Positions 32,765-42,051 of a stretch of 64,000 bases of DNA are shown here, piece after piece (position 1 is the stretch's first letter; each line of letters starts with the position of its first letter). Location: positions 18,387-82,386 of the forward strand of contig CAVCSZ010000001.1 of assembly GCA_963605025.1 (NCBI GenBank), read 5' to 3'. Position numbers and translations under genes: made by a program. The stretch is from a bacterium. Lineage in GTDB: Bacteria; Bacillota_I; Bacilli_A; RFN20; CAG-826. Under the pieces are notes generated by a model, which had not been told where the DNA came from, ran no database searches, and saw nothing but the letters and a program-made list of their open reading frames with translations.

Positions 32765-33146
32765 ATTTATTATTTTCAATAACTGTAGATGATGTATTAT
32801 CTAAGTTTATTTTATTACTATTCATTTGTTCTAATCTTTGTTTTCTACGAGCTTCTTTTTCATTTTCTCTTTCTTCATCTTTAGCAGCTAAAGATAAAGC
32901 AAAAGCAAGAATAATAGATCCAATACAAGTAAAAATAACTCCAAACCAAACAAATCCAATTCCACCAAATATTGATTTCATAGATGAATCAGGTACTGTG
33001 AAAATTGAATTTTTAATATTTGCGTATTCTTCAATTAAACCTAAAACTAAAAAACATAATGCAGTAGCAATAATTAATAATGCTATGATAAACCAAACAA
33101 ATTGTTTAATAGTAAATCCAATAATTTTTTTTGAACTATTTTTCAT
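32763..33146 (-). CDS. Hypothetical small membrane protein (2-3 TM helices, charged C-terminal tail)
   Basis: Hydrophobic stretches FVWFIIALLIIATALCFLVLGLI and FGGIGFVWFGVIFTCIGSIILAFALSLA. The tail reads KDEERENEKEARRKQRLEQ. No family recognised. Confidence 0.6.
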   Translation of the reverse strand: MKNSSKKIIGFTIKQFVWFIIALLIIATALCFLVLGLIEEYANIKNSIFTVPDSSMKSIFGGIGFVWFGVIFTCIGSIILAFALSLAAKDEERENEKEARRKQRLEQMNSNKINLDNTSSTVIENNK

Positions 33147-33157
33147 TTTTAAAAATA

Positions 33158-34084
33158 TTATTTTTCTTCTTTTGATGCTTGTTGAATTTTATCTAAGTCA
33201 GCTTTCATTTCATCAACAGCTGGTCCATAGATTTTCTTCCATTCTTCTTCGCTTAACATAATGAATTCTGTAGTAGCACTTCTTGCTTCAGCAAATACAT
33301 CATTAAAACTCTTACCTGCTGGTAAAGCTCTCTTATTTGTCATCATTTCAATTGAATTATTAATGCAATCTTTTGCTTTAGTAAATAATTCACTCTTTGT
33401 AGAAGCGTTTTGAGTAACGATATAGAAATCTCTTAATAATGCTTGTAATTCAGTTTCAATAAATGAAGCAGCTGGTGTTTTTTGACCATTTGATTCTCTC
33501 ATTGCTTTATTAAATTCGTTAAATTTATTAAAAATAGATAAAGCTAATGTTTGGAAAGCAACAGCACGATAGAAATTTTCATCAGCTTCTAATAATTTAG
33601 TAACTTTTTCTAAATCTTGAGCATAAAATGCTTCAGCACCTTCATTGTTTCCTTCAAATTCACCTTTAGGAGCAACTAAAGCACTAATAATTTCAGCTTT
33701 CTTTTCAACTAAGAAATTAAAATGTAATTTAATTACAGCATTTAATTCTTCATGAATTGGAACTATTAAGTCAAAAAGTTTAACATCTTGACCGTGATCT
33801 ACTCTAACAGTTTTGTCTGTAGGTTTTAAAATTGTAGATTTATCACCATAAACTTCATCGCCAAATGCAATAAGTTTTTTACGTAATTCATCTCCTTTTT
33901 CACCATTATTATCTAAGAATGATTTTAAAGGTGTGTTTAATAAAACTTCATTAATAATTCCGTATTTTTTATAGTTGTAAAATTCAACTTGATAATCTTC
34001 TCTGTTCATTGTGTATTCTAAAGTATCTCTAACTAAAGAATTGTAATAAACCATAGAAGTTATAACTCTACTAATTGGTAACAT
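33158..34084 (-). CDS. Hypothetical soluble, probably alpha-helical protein (308 aa), no family recognised
   Basis: Track ORF trimmed to MLPISRVITS (ATG at 34084, preceded by AAGGAGAAAAAAT). No TM segment or signal peptide. Co-oriented, 11 nt from the next gene. Confidence 0.65.
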   Translation of the reverse strand: MLPISRVITSMVYYNSLVRDTLEYTMNREDYQVEFYNYKKYGIINEVLLNTPLKSFLDNNGEKGDELRKKLIAFGDEVYGDKSTILKPTDKTVRVDHGQDVKLFDLIVPIHEELNAVIKLHFNFLVEKKAEIISALVAPKGEFEGNNEGAEAFYAQDLEKVTKLLEADENFYRAVAFQTLALSIFNKFNEFNKAMRESNGQKTPAASFIETELQALLRDFYIVTQNASTKSELFTKAKDCINNSIEMMTNKRALPAGKSFNDVFAEARSATTEFIMLSEEEWKKIYGPAVDEMKADLDKIQQASKEEK

Positions 34085-34112
34085 ATTTTTTCTCCTTAAC
34101 TCATATATTTTA

Positions 34113-34946
34113 CTATTTTTCATAAATATATCTAGATAAATCTTCAAATTTATTTATAACATATTTAGCAAAACGTTTAACAGACTTAGGTGCTTTCTTC
34201 ATAACAAACGAATGTTCATGAAATTTTTTGAACATTGTAATGTCATTTCCACTATCGCCAACAACAAAAATATTTTCTTTATTTATGTTGTTTAATTCAC
34301 AATATTTTTCTATTGCGCCACCTTTAATAATATTTTTAGCAGTTATTTCAATTGAATAATGTGTCCAAGCTGCTTCTATATTATCGTAACTATTATTCAA
34401 AATATCAGTTGCTTCTTCAGCACGTTTATCTGCTTTTTTTGTGCCTCCAAAAACAACCAATATTTTAAATATTTTTTTATTTTTTAATGCGTTTTCGTAT
34501 TCTTCTTTCTTTAAAAAAGATTTTTCCGCTAATTGATTTTGGTATTTATAATAAATTTTATATACAAATCCTAAAAATTTTGAATCATTACGTGTTTTAA
34601 CATACATTCCATCATCTGACATTAAAGCCACGCATAAAACTTTATAATCACTAAAAATATCATCTATAATATTTTTTGCAACTTCATTATCAATAACATT
34701 ATAATCAATAATTTTATTATTTGAATAAATACATGCTCCATTATAAGCAATAATATCAATATTACGATCTATTGCTTTTTGAACTTTCTTTCCAAAAAGT
34801 AAACTTCTTCCTGAAGCAATAACTAACTTACCACCATTATCGATAAATGATTGAACAAAAAATAAATTCTTTTTATAAACAATATTGATTCTATCTTTAG
34901 GATAAAACAAAGTACCATCTAAATCAGTAACAATTATTTTATCCAT
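34113..34946 (-). CDS. Cof-type HAD-IIB phosphatase
   Basis: IIVTDLDGTLF, SGRS, GDSGNDITMF. Its start overlaps the hpf stop (TAATG). Confidence 0.8.
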   Translation of the reverse strand: MDKIIVTDLDGTLFYPKDRINIVYKKNLFFVQSFIDNGGKLVIASGRSLLFGKKVQKAIDRNIDIIAYNGACIYSNNKIIDYNVIDNEVAKNIIDDIFSDYKVLCVALMSDDGMYVKTRNDSKFLGFVYKIYYKYQNQLAEKSFLKKEEYENALKNKKIFKILVVFGGTKKADKRAEEATDILNNSYDNIEAAWTHYSIEITAKNIIKGGAIEKYCELNNINKENIFVVGDSGNDITMFKKFHEHSFVMKKAPKSVKRFAKYVINKFEDLSRYIYEK

Positions 34947-35500
34947 TATTTAATAACAACTTCAGTGTCTGCTTGTAAAAGACCGTATCCGCCATCTTCT
35001 CTTTTATATACAACAGAAACTTTTTCATCATCAGTATCTAAATATAAATAGAAATCATGTCCAATAGATTCCATAGTGAAAATAGCTTCATCAAGAGTAA
35101 TAGGTTTTAATTCTAATGATTTTGTTTTAACAATTTCAGCATCTTTGATTTCATCTTCAACTTCTTCAAGTTCATCAAATAAAACGCCTTTTCCAAAACC
35201 ATTATGTTTATATCTATTTGCAATTTGAGTTTTTAATTTTCTCATTTGAGATTGTAATTTATCAATTGACTTATCAATAGCAGCATATAAATCATTATCA
35301 GTAGCTTCTGCTCTAAATGTTGTATCTTTTGTAAAAATAGTAACTTCAACTTTAGCACCATTTTTATAACTTCTAACTACAACTCTACAATCAGCATCTT
35401 CACTACTAAAATATTTATCCATTTTAGATAGCTTATTTTTTACACTGTTTGCAATTGCTTCAGTAACGGTAATATTTTTACCAATAATTTGAAATTTCAT
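34946..35500 (-). CDS. hpf: Ribosome hibernation promoting factor, long form
   Basis: Trimmed to MKFQIIGKNITVTEAI (GGAGGA 10 nt upstream). S30AE N-terminal domain plus a C-terminal dimerisation domain (KPITLDEAIFTMESIGHDFYLY). Confidence 0.9.
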   Translation of the reverse strand: MKFQIIGKNITVTEAIANSVKNKLSKMDKYFSSEDADCRVVVRSYKNGAKVEVTIFTKDTTFRAEATDNDLYAAIDKSIDKLQSQMRKLKTQIANRYKHNGFGKGVLFDELEEVEDEIKDAEIVKTKSLELKPITLDEAIFTMESIGHDFYLYLDTDDEKVSVVYKREDGGYGLLQADTEVVIK

Positions 35501-35568
35501 ATTATGATATTCCTCCATTTCTTTGTATTTATATTATACCAAGAATTTGAATATTATAGTATAAAAAT

Positions 35569-36735
35569 TTATTTTTTTAATAATGATTTTATTTCTTCCA
35601 CTTTATCTAATTTTTCCCAAGGTAATTCAACATCAGGTCTTCCAAAATGTCCATAATTTGAAATACTTCTATATTTGAAAGTTGGATTTGTTAAATTAAA
35701 TTTTTTAATAATCATACCAGGTCTAGCATCAAATACTTTATTTATAATATTTAAAATTGTTTCATCATCATAATTACTAGTGCCAAATGTTGATAAATTA
35801 ATAGAAATAGGTGAAGCAACTCCAATTGCATAAGATAATTGAATTTCAAGTCTTGATGCAACTCCTGCTGCTACTAAATTTTTAGCCATATATCTAGCAT
35901 AATAAGCAGCGCTTCTATCTACTTTTGAAGGATCTTTTCCACTAAAAGCTCCTCCACCATGTCTACTACTTCCTCCATAAGTATCAACAATAATTTTTCT
36001 TCCAGTTAAGCCAGTATCTCCTTGAGGACCACCAATAACAAATCTTCCTGTAGGATTAATTAAAACTTTGAAATCATCATTTAAATCAAAAGATTTTGCA
36101 ACTTTTTTCATTATATTATTTAAAATATAATCTTTAAATTCAGATTCATTAAAATTTTCATCATGTTGAATAGACATCAAAATAGTGTCTATTCTAGGTT
36201 TAGAATCAGTATAGTCAATTGTAACTTGTGATTTCATATCAGGACGAGCATATTTAAATTCACCATTTTTTCTAAGTCTAGTAGCTTCTCTAACTAATTT
36301 GTGTGCTATTACTAAAGGTAAAGGCATAAATCCTTTACTTTCATTAGTGGCATATCCAAACATAATACCTTGATCACCAGCACCTTGTTCTTCTAAAGTT
36401 TCTTTTTCAACACCTTGATTTATATCATTAGATTGAGTTTTTATTAAATTAATAAACTTAAATGTTGAATAATTAAATCCTAATTCAGGCTTATCATATC
36501 CGATATCTTTTACAACATTTCTTGCAATTTTTTCATAATCAACTTTTGAATTAGTAGTAATTTCTCCACCAACTATAAGACAATCTGTAGTTGCAAAACA
36601 TTCACATGCAACATGTGATTTAGGATCATTTTCTAAACAAGCATCTAAAATTGCATCTGCAACTTGATCACATAATTTATCAGGATGTCCTTCACTAACG
36701 GATTCTGATGTAAATAAAATTCTATTTTCTAACAT
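35569..36735 (-). CDS. metK: S-adenosylmethionine synthase
   Basis: Trimmed to MLENRILFTSESVSEGHPDK (ATG at 36735 after AAGGAGAAAAT). GAGDQG and GGGAFSGKD motifs. Confidence 0.97.
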   Translation of the reverse strand: MLENRILFTSESVSEGHPDKLCDQVADAILDACLENDPKSHVACECFATTDCLIVGGEITTNSKVDYEKIARNVVKDIGYDKPELGFNYSTFKFINLIKTQSNDINQGVEKETLEEQGAGDQGIMFGYATNESKGFMPLPLVIAHKLVREATRLRKNGEFKYARPDMKSQVTIDYTDSKPRIDTILMSIQHDENFNESEFKDYILNNIMKKVAKSFDLNDDFKVLINPTGRFVIGGPQGDTGLTGRKIIVDTYGGSSRHGGGAFSGKDPSKVDRSAAYYARYMAKNLVAAGVASRLEIQLSYAIGVASPISINLSTFGTSNYDDETILNIINKVFDARPGMIIKKFNLTNPTFKYRSISNYGHFGRPDVELPWEKLDKVEEIKSLLKK

Positions 36736-36759
36736 ATTTTCTCCTTTCCACATATTTAG

Positions 36760-36916
36760 GATAATAAAAAGGCCATCCACATTTAGGAAGGCCTTATTTT
36801 AAAAATTTCCTACTCATCGATCAAAGTGTGGTACTTTGCTATTAAGGAGCACTTACTCATATAGAGAGTTGCTACTGTATTTTTTCACTTAATTTTTATA
36901 CAGTTCTTGATAAGTA
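36760..36916 (-). promoter_or_regulatory. SAM riboswitch (S-box/SAM-I-like aptamer plus terminator expression platform) in the metK leader
   Basis: Minus strand: P1 ACTTATC...GATGAGT, J1/2 AAGA, P2 ACTGTAT/ATACAGT, AGCAAC, P3 ACTC/GAGT, GTGCT, P4 CAAAGT/ACTTTG. The P2 loop TTAAG can pair with CTTAA in J3/4. This is followed by the terminator AAGGCCTTCC-taaatgt-GGATGGCCTT plus TTTTTATT. Confidence 0.7.
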
Positions 36917-36950
36917 AAAATATTATATTAAATTAAAATTTAAAAGTAAA

Positions 36951-37226
36951 TTATAAAGTAATGTTTTCTTCTTTTAAAGCTTCTTGAATTGTAAAAGCAA
37001 TTTGCATAGGACAAGAAGTATTTCTAGGTCCACATGTTACATCTTTTAATCTAAAATATGTATCTTTCATGTCTGCACCTTTAAGTAATTCTCTAATTCC
37101 TTTTAAATTACCATTGCAACCACCTGTAACTACAACATCTACAATTTTAAGAGTTGAATTATCATAAGTTAATTCAACTTGTTTTGAACAAGTTCCTTTA
37201 CAAATATGAGTGTATTTTTTTTCCAT
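36951..37226 (-). CDS. TSCPD-domain small Cys-rich protein (TIGR03905-like)
   Basis: 91 aa. CKGTCS...TGGCNGNLKGI...CGPRNTSCP pattern. Confidence 0.65.
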   Translation of the reverse strand: MEKKYTHICKGTCSKQVELTYDNSTLKIVDVVVTGGCNGNLKGIRELLKGADMKDTYFRLKDVTCGPRNTSCPMQIAFTIQEALKEENITL

Positions 37227-37801
37227 TATTTTACAATTTCTCCATACATTTCACCAAAGCAATTTCCTGCATTTGATTCATCTGTATCGATATGCATTGC
37301 TAATTTATAGCTTGGAGAAACTCTGATAACTACGTCATCAAAAATAATGTGTCTACCTTCTCCACCAGTTTTAACTTTTACAAGTTCACCATTTTTAACA
37401 CCAAATGCTTCAGCATCTGCTGGTGTCATATGAATATGACGTTTTGCAACAATACAACCTTCGCTTAATTCAACAAAGTTTCCATTTTCTGGATTAACAA
37501 TTTTTATAGCACCACTTCCAGCAACATCGCCACTTTCTCTTAATGGAGCTTTTACACCTAAAGTTCTTGCATCAGTAGCACTAACTTCTACTTGATTTAA
37601 ACTTCTACATGGACCTAAAATTGAAACACCTTTAATTGTTGATTTTGGTCCAACAATATCTAATTTAGTATTTGAAGCAAATTGACCAGGTTGTGATAAT
37701 TCTTTTTTAACGCTTAATTCATAACCTTTTCCACATAATGCTTCTAAAGTTTCTTGTGTAACATGAATATGTCTTGCACTTGTTTCTACAATAAATTTCA
37801 T
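37226..37801 (-). CDS. pduL: PduL-type phosphate acyltransferase (phosphotransacetylase/propanoyltransferase)
   Basis: Trimmed to MKFIVETSARHIHV (ATG at 37801 after GGGGA). Duplicated SARH(I/V)H and AKRHIHM motifs. No N-terminal extension. Confidence 0.85.
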   Translation of the reverse strand: MKFIVETSARHIHVTQETLEALCGKGYELSVKKELSQPGQFASNTKLDIVGPKSTIKGVSILGPCRSLNQVEVSATDARTLGVKAPLRESGDVAGSGAIKIVNPENGNFVELSEGCIVAKRHIHMTPADAEAFGVKNGELVKVKTGGEGRHIIFDDVVIRVSPSYKLAMHIDTDESNAGNCFGEMYGEIVK

Positions 37802-37938
37802 ACAAATCCCCTTATTTATTATAACCTTAATATTATACAATTTTAAAAAATTAAAATATACAAAAATATAAAATATTTCAATTTAAATAATAAAAATCTT
37901 TATTAAATAAAATAAATTTGTTATATTATTAAAGTATT

Positions 37939-38023
37939 GCGCGAGTGGCGGAACTGGTAGACGCGTACGTTTGAGGGGCGTATAGGGCAACCTGTGTGAG
38001 TTCGATTCTCATTTCGCGCACCA
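37939..38023 (+). tRNA. tRNA-Leu (anticodon GAG), long variable arm, encoded CCA
   Basis: Acceptor GCGCGAG/TTCGCGC-A-CCA, anticodon stem TACGT/GCGTA, loop TTGAGGG, T-loop GTTCGATTC. Confidence 0.88.
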
Positions 38024-38036
38024 AATTAAATATTAA

Positions 38037-38062
38037 ACACGATTAAATCGTGTTTTTTTTAT
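38037..38062 (+). terminator. Terminator after tRNA-Leu(GAG)
   Basis: ACACGAT-taa-ATCGTGT followed by T8. Nearly the same sequence as the tRNA-His terminator. Confidence 0.8.
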
Positions 38063-38068
38063 TTTGTA

Positions 38069-38094
38069 TTTTAAAAGCACCTTAACGGTGCTTT
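38069..38094 (-). terminator. Terminator after pepF-like gene
   Basis: Minus strand reads AAAGCACC-gttaa-GGTGCTTT followed by TTAAAAT (short T tract). Confidence 0.55.
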
Positions 38095-38098
38095 AATT

Positions 38099-39793
38099 TT
38101 AGAATTTCTTATCATCAAATGAATTTAATACTTTAACTTGAGGACTAATAACTTTTTTAACATTTCCATCAACAAATGGATTTCTTAAATGTGCTTTAGT
38201 GATTAATTCTACAAATGGATATTTTCCACCCATTTTTAATAATTTAATATATTTCTTCCAAGCTTTCTCTTTATTTTTATCCATTTCACATTTGAATTGT
38301 AAAGCTAAAACTTGAGCTAAAGTATAATCAATATAATAGAAAGGAACTTGGAAAATATGAGATTGTCTAATCCAATATTTTCCCTTATTTAAGAATGGAA
38401 CAGATTTAAATTTTAACCAAGGTCTATATTTCTTTTCAAGTTCAGCCCATTTTGCACATCTTTCATCATGTGTTGCATCTACATTTTCATAAACCCAATG
38501 TTGAAATTCATCAACTTCTACTCCATATGGTAAAAAAGAAATTGCACTATCTAAATGTGAGAATCTATATTTATCACATTGATCACCAAAAAATTCATTC
38601 ATCCAAGGCCAAGCAAAAAATTCCATAGACATAGAATCGATTTCACAAGCTTCTAAAGTAGGCATTCTTAATGAAGGAACTTGTATTTTACTACCTAAAT
38701 ATCCTTGGAAAGCATGTCCAACTTCATGTGTTAAAGTATCAACATCTTGACTTGTTCCATTACCATTAGCAAAAATAAATGGAGATTTATATTTAGGAAT
38801 GAAAGTCATATAACCTCCACCTGCTTTTCCTTTTTTTGCATCTAAATCCATTAAGTGATTTTCCACCATAAAATCAAAAAATTCACCACTTTCTTTAGAC
38901 ATTTCATGATACATTTTACTAGCAGCTTTAACTAAAACTTCACTATTTCCAACAGGTTTTGCGTTGCCTGAAAGATATTCTAAATTGAAATCTAAGAAAT
39001 CTGGATTTTTAATTCCAAGTCTTTCAGCTTGTCTTTTTCTTAATTTTTTAACTACTGGAACAACAGTTTTATAAATTTGATCTCTATAACCTTTAACATC
39101 ATTAGCGTTATAATCAGTTCTTCCAAGTGAAATATATCCAAATTCAATAAAATTTTTAAAACCCATTTTTTTAGCTTTTTTATCTCTTATATGTACTAAT
39201 TTATCATAAATTTCACCAAATTTCTCATCATTTTCTTCTAAAAATCCATAATATAATTTAGCAGCTTTTTCTCTAGTATCTTTATCTTTATCTGATAAAT
39301 ATTTTCCAATTTGAGTTAAATTTAATTTTTCTCCATTAAATTCAAGTTGAGCACTTGCCATTAATTTTTGATATTCAGTAGTTAATTTATTTTCTTCGAT
39401 TATTTCAGGAATAATTTTTTCATCAAAAACTTTCATACTATTTTCAATCATTTTGAAATAATAAGAAGAAAATTTATCTTCTAAATCTTTTCTAAATTTA
39501 TTATTTAATAATTTAGTTTCAAATTTTTTGAATTCATTAGAAATAACTGGTCCAATTTCATCAACTTTTTCAATAGCTTTCTCATATTCTTTATCAGTAG
39601 TATCTATTGAATTTCTAATAGAAATGATAGTAACATCGCTTTCGTATGTATCACATAATTTAAAATATTTTTTAACAGCTTTAATAGCTTCATCTTTATT
39701 TTTAGCGCTATCTAATTCAGAACATAAAACTTCAATTTTATTTTTATAAGTTTTAACGTTAGGAATATGTTTTTTCATTTCTTCAAATTTCAT
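38099..39793 (-). CDS. M3B-family oligoendopeptidase (PepF-like)
   Basis: HEVGHAF zinc motif; 564 aa. Confidence 0.85.
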   Translation of the reverse strand: MKFEEMKKHIPNVKTYKNKIEVLCSELDSAKNKDEAIKAVKKYFKLCDTYESDVTIISIRNSIDTTDKEYEKAIEKVDEIGPVISNEFKKFETKLLNNKFRKDLEDKFSSYYFKMIENSMKVFDEKIIPEIIEENKLTTEYQKLMASAQLEFNGEKLNLTQIGKYLSDKDKDTREKAAKLYYGFLEENDEKFGEIYDKLVHIRDKKAKKMGFKNFIEFGYISLGRTDYNANDVKGYRDQIYKTVVPVVKKLRKRQAERLGIKNPDFLDFNLEYLSGNAKPVGNSEVLVKAASKMYHEMSKESGEFFDFMVENHLMDLDAKKGKAGGGYMTFIPKYKSPFIFANGNGTSQDVDTLTHEVGHAFQGYLGSKIQVPSLRMPTLEACEIDSMSMEFFAWPWMNEFFGDQCDKYRFSHLDSAISFLPYGVEVDEFQHWVYENVDATHDERCAKWAELEKKYRPWLKFKSVPFLNKGKYWIRQSHIFQVPFYYIDYTLAQVLALQFKCEMDKNKEKAWKKYIKLLKMGGKYPFVELITKAHLRNPFVDGNVKKVISPQVKVLNSFDDKKF

Positions 39794-39941
39794 TTTATAA
39801 ATCTCCTTATTTTTATGATTAAGCGGAAATCATTTCCTACCCAACAAACATCTAATTTATTTTGGATTTTCTAGATGTTTTCTTTTTAGTCTACTTCAAG
39901 TTTAATGACATTTAATAGCATAGGTCAATTATTATATTATC

Positions 39942-40451
39942 TTAATTAATAGTCTTTTTTAATTCGACTTTAAATAAATCTTTAATCCATTTAGTTAAAT
40001 ATAAATTTCTCCAATAATTATAACCTATTACATACGAATTATAAATTTGAGTGCTTGAAAAATATTCATTATTACAATCTTCTATAATTGATAATTCAAA
40101 CTTAATTTTATCATTATTTTTAAAATCAATCTTTGTAATTTTTTTATAAATATCTTCTAATTCTAAATAAACATTTCTAAAATCATCAGGAAGTATTTCT
40201 ATATATTCTAAATATTTCTTTACATTTTTAAAATTTAATAAATCTTCATTTAAATCTTCATCAATTAAATCTAAAACTCTATAAATAGCTTGAGATTTTT
40301 GATATAACAAAATATTTAATTTTTGCTTTGCAATATTAACTTTTCTTTTAAAACCTAAAATAAAAGAAAAAGAAAATAATAGATAAATGAAATATATAAT
40401 TATTAAAATTAAAATTAATAATAAAACAATAAAAGATTCTTTTGATATCAT
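39942..40451 (-). CDS. Hypothetical single-pass membrane protein (remote LemA-like)
   Basis: N-terminal TM helix IVLLLILILIIIYFIYLLFSF. The C-terminal YNSYVIGYNYWRNLYLTKWI loosely resembles the LemA C-terminus. Weak. Confidence 0.4.
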   Translation of the reverse strand: MISKESFIVLLLILILIIIYFIYLLFSFSFILGFKRKVNIAKQKLNILLYQKSQAIYRVLDLIDEDLNEDLLNFKNVKKYLEYIEILPDDFRNVYLELEDIYKKITKIDFKNNDKIKFELSIIEDCNNEYFSSTQIYNSYVIGYNYWRNLYLTKWIKDLFKVELKKTIN

Positions 40452-40531
40452 AATAAAATTATTTATTAAAAACTTTAAATTTTCAAGCGAAAATATATAA
40501 TTTTATATTATTTTTTGATATAATAATTAAT

Positions 40532-41365
40532 ATGAATAAACCAATTATTGCAATTATGTATGATTTTGATAAAACACTTGCTGAAACAGATATGCAAAAT
40601 TTTAGTTTCATACCAAAGCTCGATTTATCTATTCCAGAATTTTGGAATAAAACAGAAAAAGTAAGAAAAGAATTCGATATGGATAAAATTCTTTCTTATA
40701 TGTATACAATGATTGTTGAATGTAAGAAAAGAAATATAAAATTAACTCGTGAATATCTACAAGAATGTGGAAATAATATAAGTTATTATAATGGAGTTTT
40801 AACTTGGTTTGATAGAATTAATAATTTCGCAGAAGAAAATGGTGTTATTATCGAACATTATATTATTTCTAGTGGAAATTTAGAAATTATTGAAAAATCA
40901 TCTATAGCGAAAAATTTTAAAAAAATGTTCGCATGTGAATTTATTTATGATAAAAATGGAGAGGCTGTTTGGCCAAAGACAATTGTAAATTATACTTTAA
41001 AAACTCAATTTATTTATCGTATTCAAAAGGGTTTAATAAAAGATAACGATGATGGTGCAATTAATGAAAAAATGAAAAATAAAAGAATTCCATTTTCAAA
41101 TATGATTTATATTGGAGATGGATTAACTGATGTTCCATCAATGATTATGGTAAAAGAAAATGGTGGCACTTCAATCGCTGTATATCCAAATCATCAAAGA
41201 GATAAAGTTAATTCTTTATTTGAAGATGATCGTGTTAATTTTATTTGTAAAGCAGATTATTCAAAAGATAGTGAAATAGAAAAAATTGTAAAATTAATTA
41301 TTGAAACAATCAAAATAAAATCTACTTTAGAGAAAAAAATTGAAAAAGTAAGAAAAACATTATGA
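40532..41365 (+). CDS. HAD-superfamily hydrolase (subfamily IB-like)
   Basis: MYDFDKTL (DxDxT) and IGDGLTDVP motifs. Confidence 0.7.
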   Translation: MNKPIIAIMYDFDKTLAETDMQNFSFIPKLDLSIPEFWNKTEKVRKEFDMDKILSYMYTMIVECKKRNIKLTREYLQECGNNISYYNGVLTWFDRINNFAEENGVIIEHYIISSGNLEIIEKSSIAKNFKKMFACEFIYDKNGEAVWPKTIVNYTLKTQFIYRIQKGLIKDNDDGAINEKMKNKRIPFSNMIYIGDGLTDVPSMIMVKENGGTSIAVYPNHQRDKVNSLFEDDRVNFICKADYSKDSEIEKIVKLIIETIKIKSTLEKKIEKVRKTL

Positions 41366-42051
41366 TTGTAGCAATACTTCTTTTAGCAGGAAAAGGAACA
41401 AGATTAAATAAAAATACACCTAAGCAATTTATAAAAGTTAACGATAAAGAAATTTTTTTATATTCTTTACAAACTTTTTTGAAAATTAAAAATATAAATA
41501 AATTTGTTTTAGTAGTACCTAAAAAAGATTATTTTAATGTTCAAAATATTTTAAAAAGAGAAAATATTAATAACGATAATATTTCATTAGTAGTAGGTGG
41601 TAATTCAAGAAATGAATCAACACTAAATGCTTTAAAATATATTAAAGTAACTTATAAAAATGTAAAAACAGTTATAATTCATGATTCTGCAAGACCACTA
41701 GTAAGCGAAAATATCATAAATAGAAATATAAATGCTTCTTTAAAAAGTCAATGTGTAACAACTTATATTGATGAAGTTGACACTATTATTGAAGAATCTA
41801 ATCATAAAATTAAAAATTATCTAAATCGAGATAAAATTAAAAAAATTCAAACACCTCAAACGTTTGATTTTAATTTAATTTACAAATTATCATTAAATAA
41901 TAAAGAAAATTTATCTGATGATACTATAATTTGTAAAAAAAATGGTTATAATATTAAATTAGTAAAAGGTAGTTCTTTAAATTTTAAAGTGACTACTAAA
42001 AATGATTTAATTTTACTAAAAGGTATACTAGAAAATTATGAACGAAGTTAA
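41362..42051 (+). CDS. ispD: IspD-family cytidylyltransferase (MEP cytidylyltransferase, or TarI-like)
   Basis: LAGKGTRL...PKQF, GGNSRNES, HDSARP, QTPQTF, FKVTTKNDL. ATGA overlap with the upstream HAD gene. Confidence 0.75.
   Translation: MIVAILLLAGKGTRLNKNTPKQFIKVNDKEIFLYSLQTFLKIKNINKFVLVVPKKDYFNVQNILKRENINNDNISLVVGGNSRNESTLNALKYIKVTYKNVKTVIIHDSARPLVSENIINRNINASLKSQCVTTYIDEVDTIIEESNHKIKNYLNRDKIKKIQTPQTFDFNLIYKLSLNNKENLSDDTIICKKNGYNIKLVKGSSLNFKVTTKNDLILLKGILENYERS

Noticed and set aside
637-37840. N-terminal extensions in the ORF track: DUF1667 (to 1038), dfx (TTG 4166), rpsL (to 13043), rlmB (to 26670), the 308-aa protein (to 34147), hpf (to 35518), metK (to 36780), pduL (to 37840) and the small ORF (to 55358).
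   Set aside because: In each case an internal ATG has a properly spaced GGAG-type RBS and yields the canonical family N-terminus. The extension would overlap the upstream gene, a leader hairpin, a riboswitch terminator or a promoter.
39942-40451. Confident LemA family call for the 169-aa single-pass membrane protein.
   Set aside because: Only a vague resemblance of the C-terminal aromatic-rich segment. The characteristic central LemA motifs are not evident, so I kept it as hypothetical.
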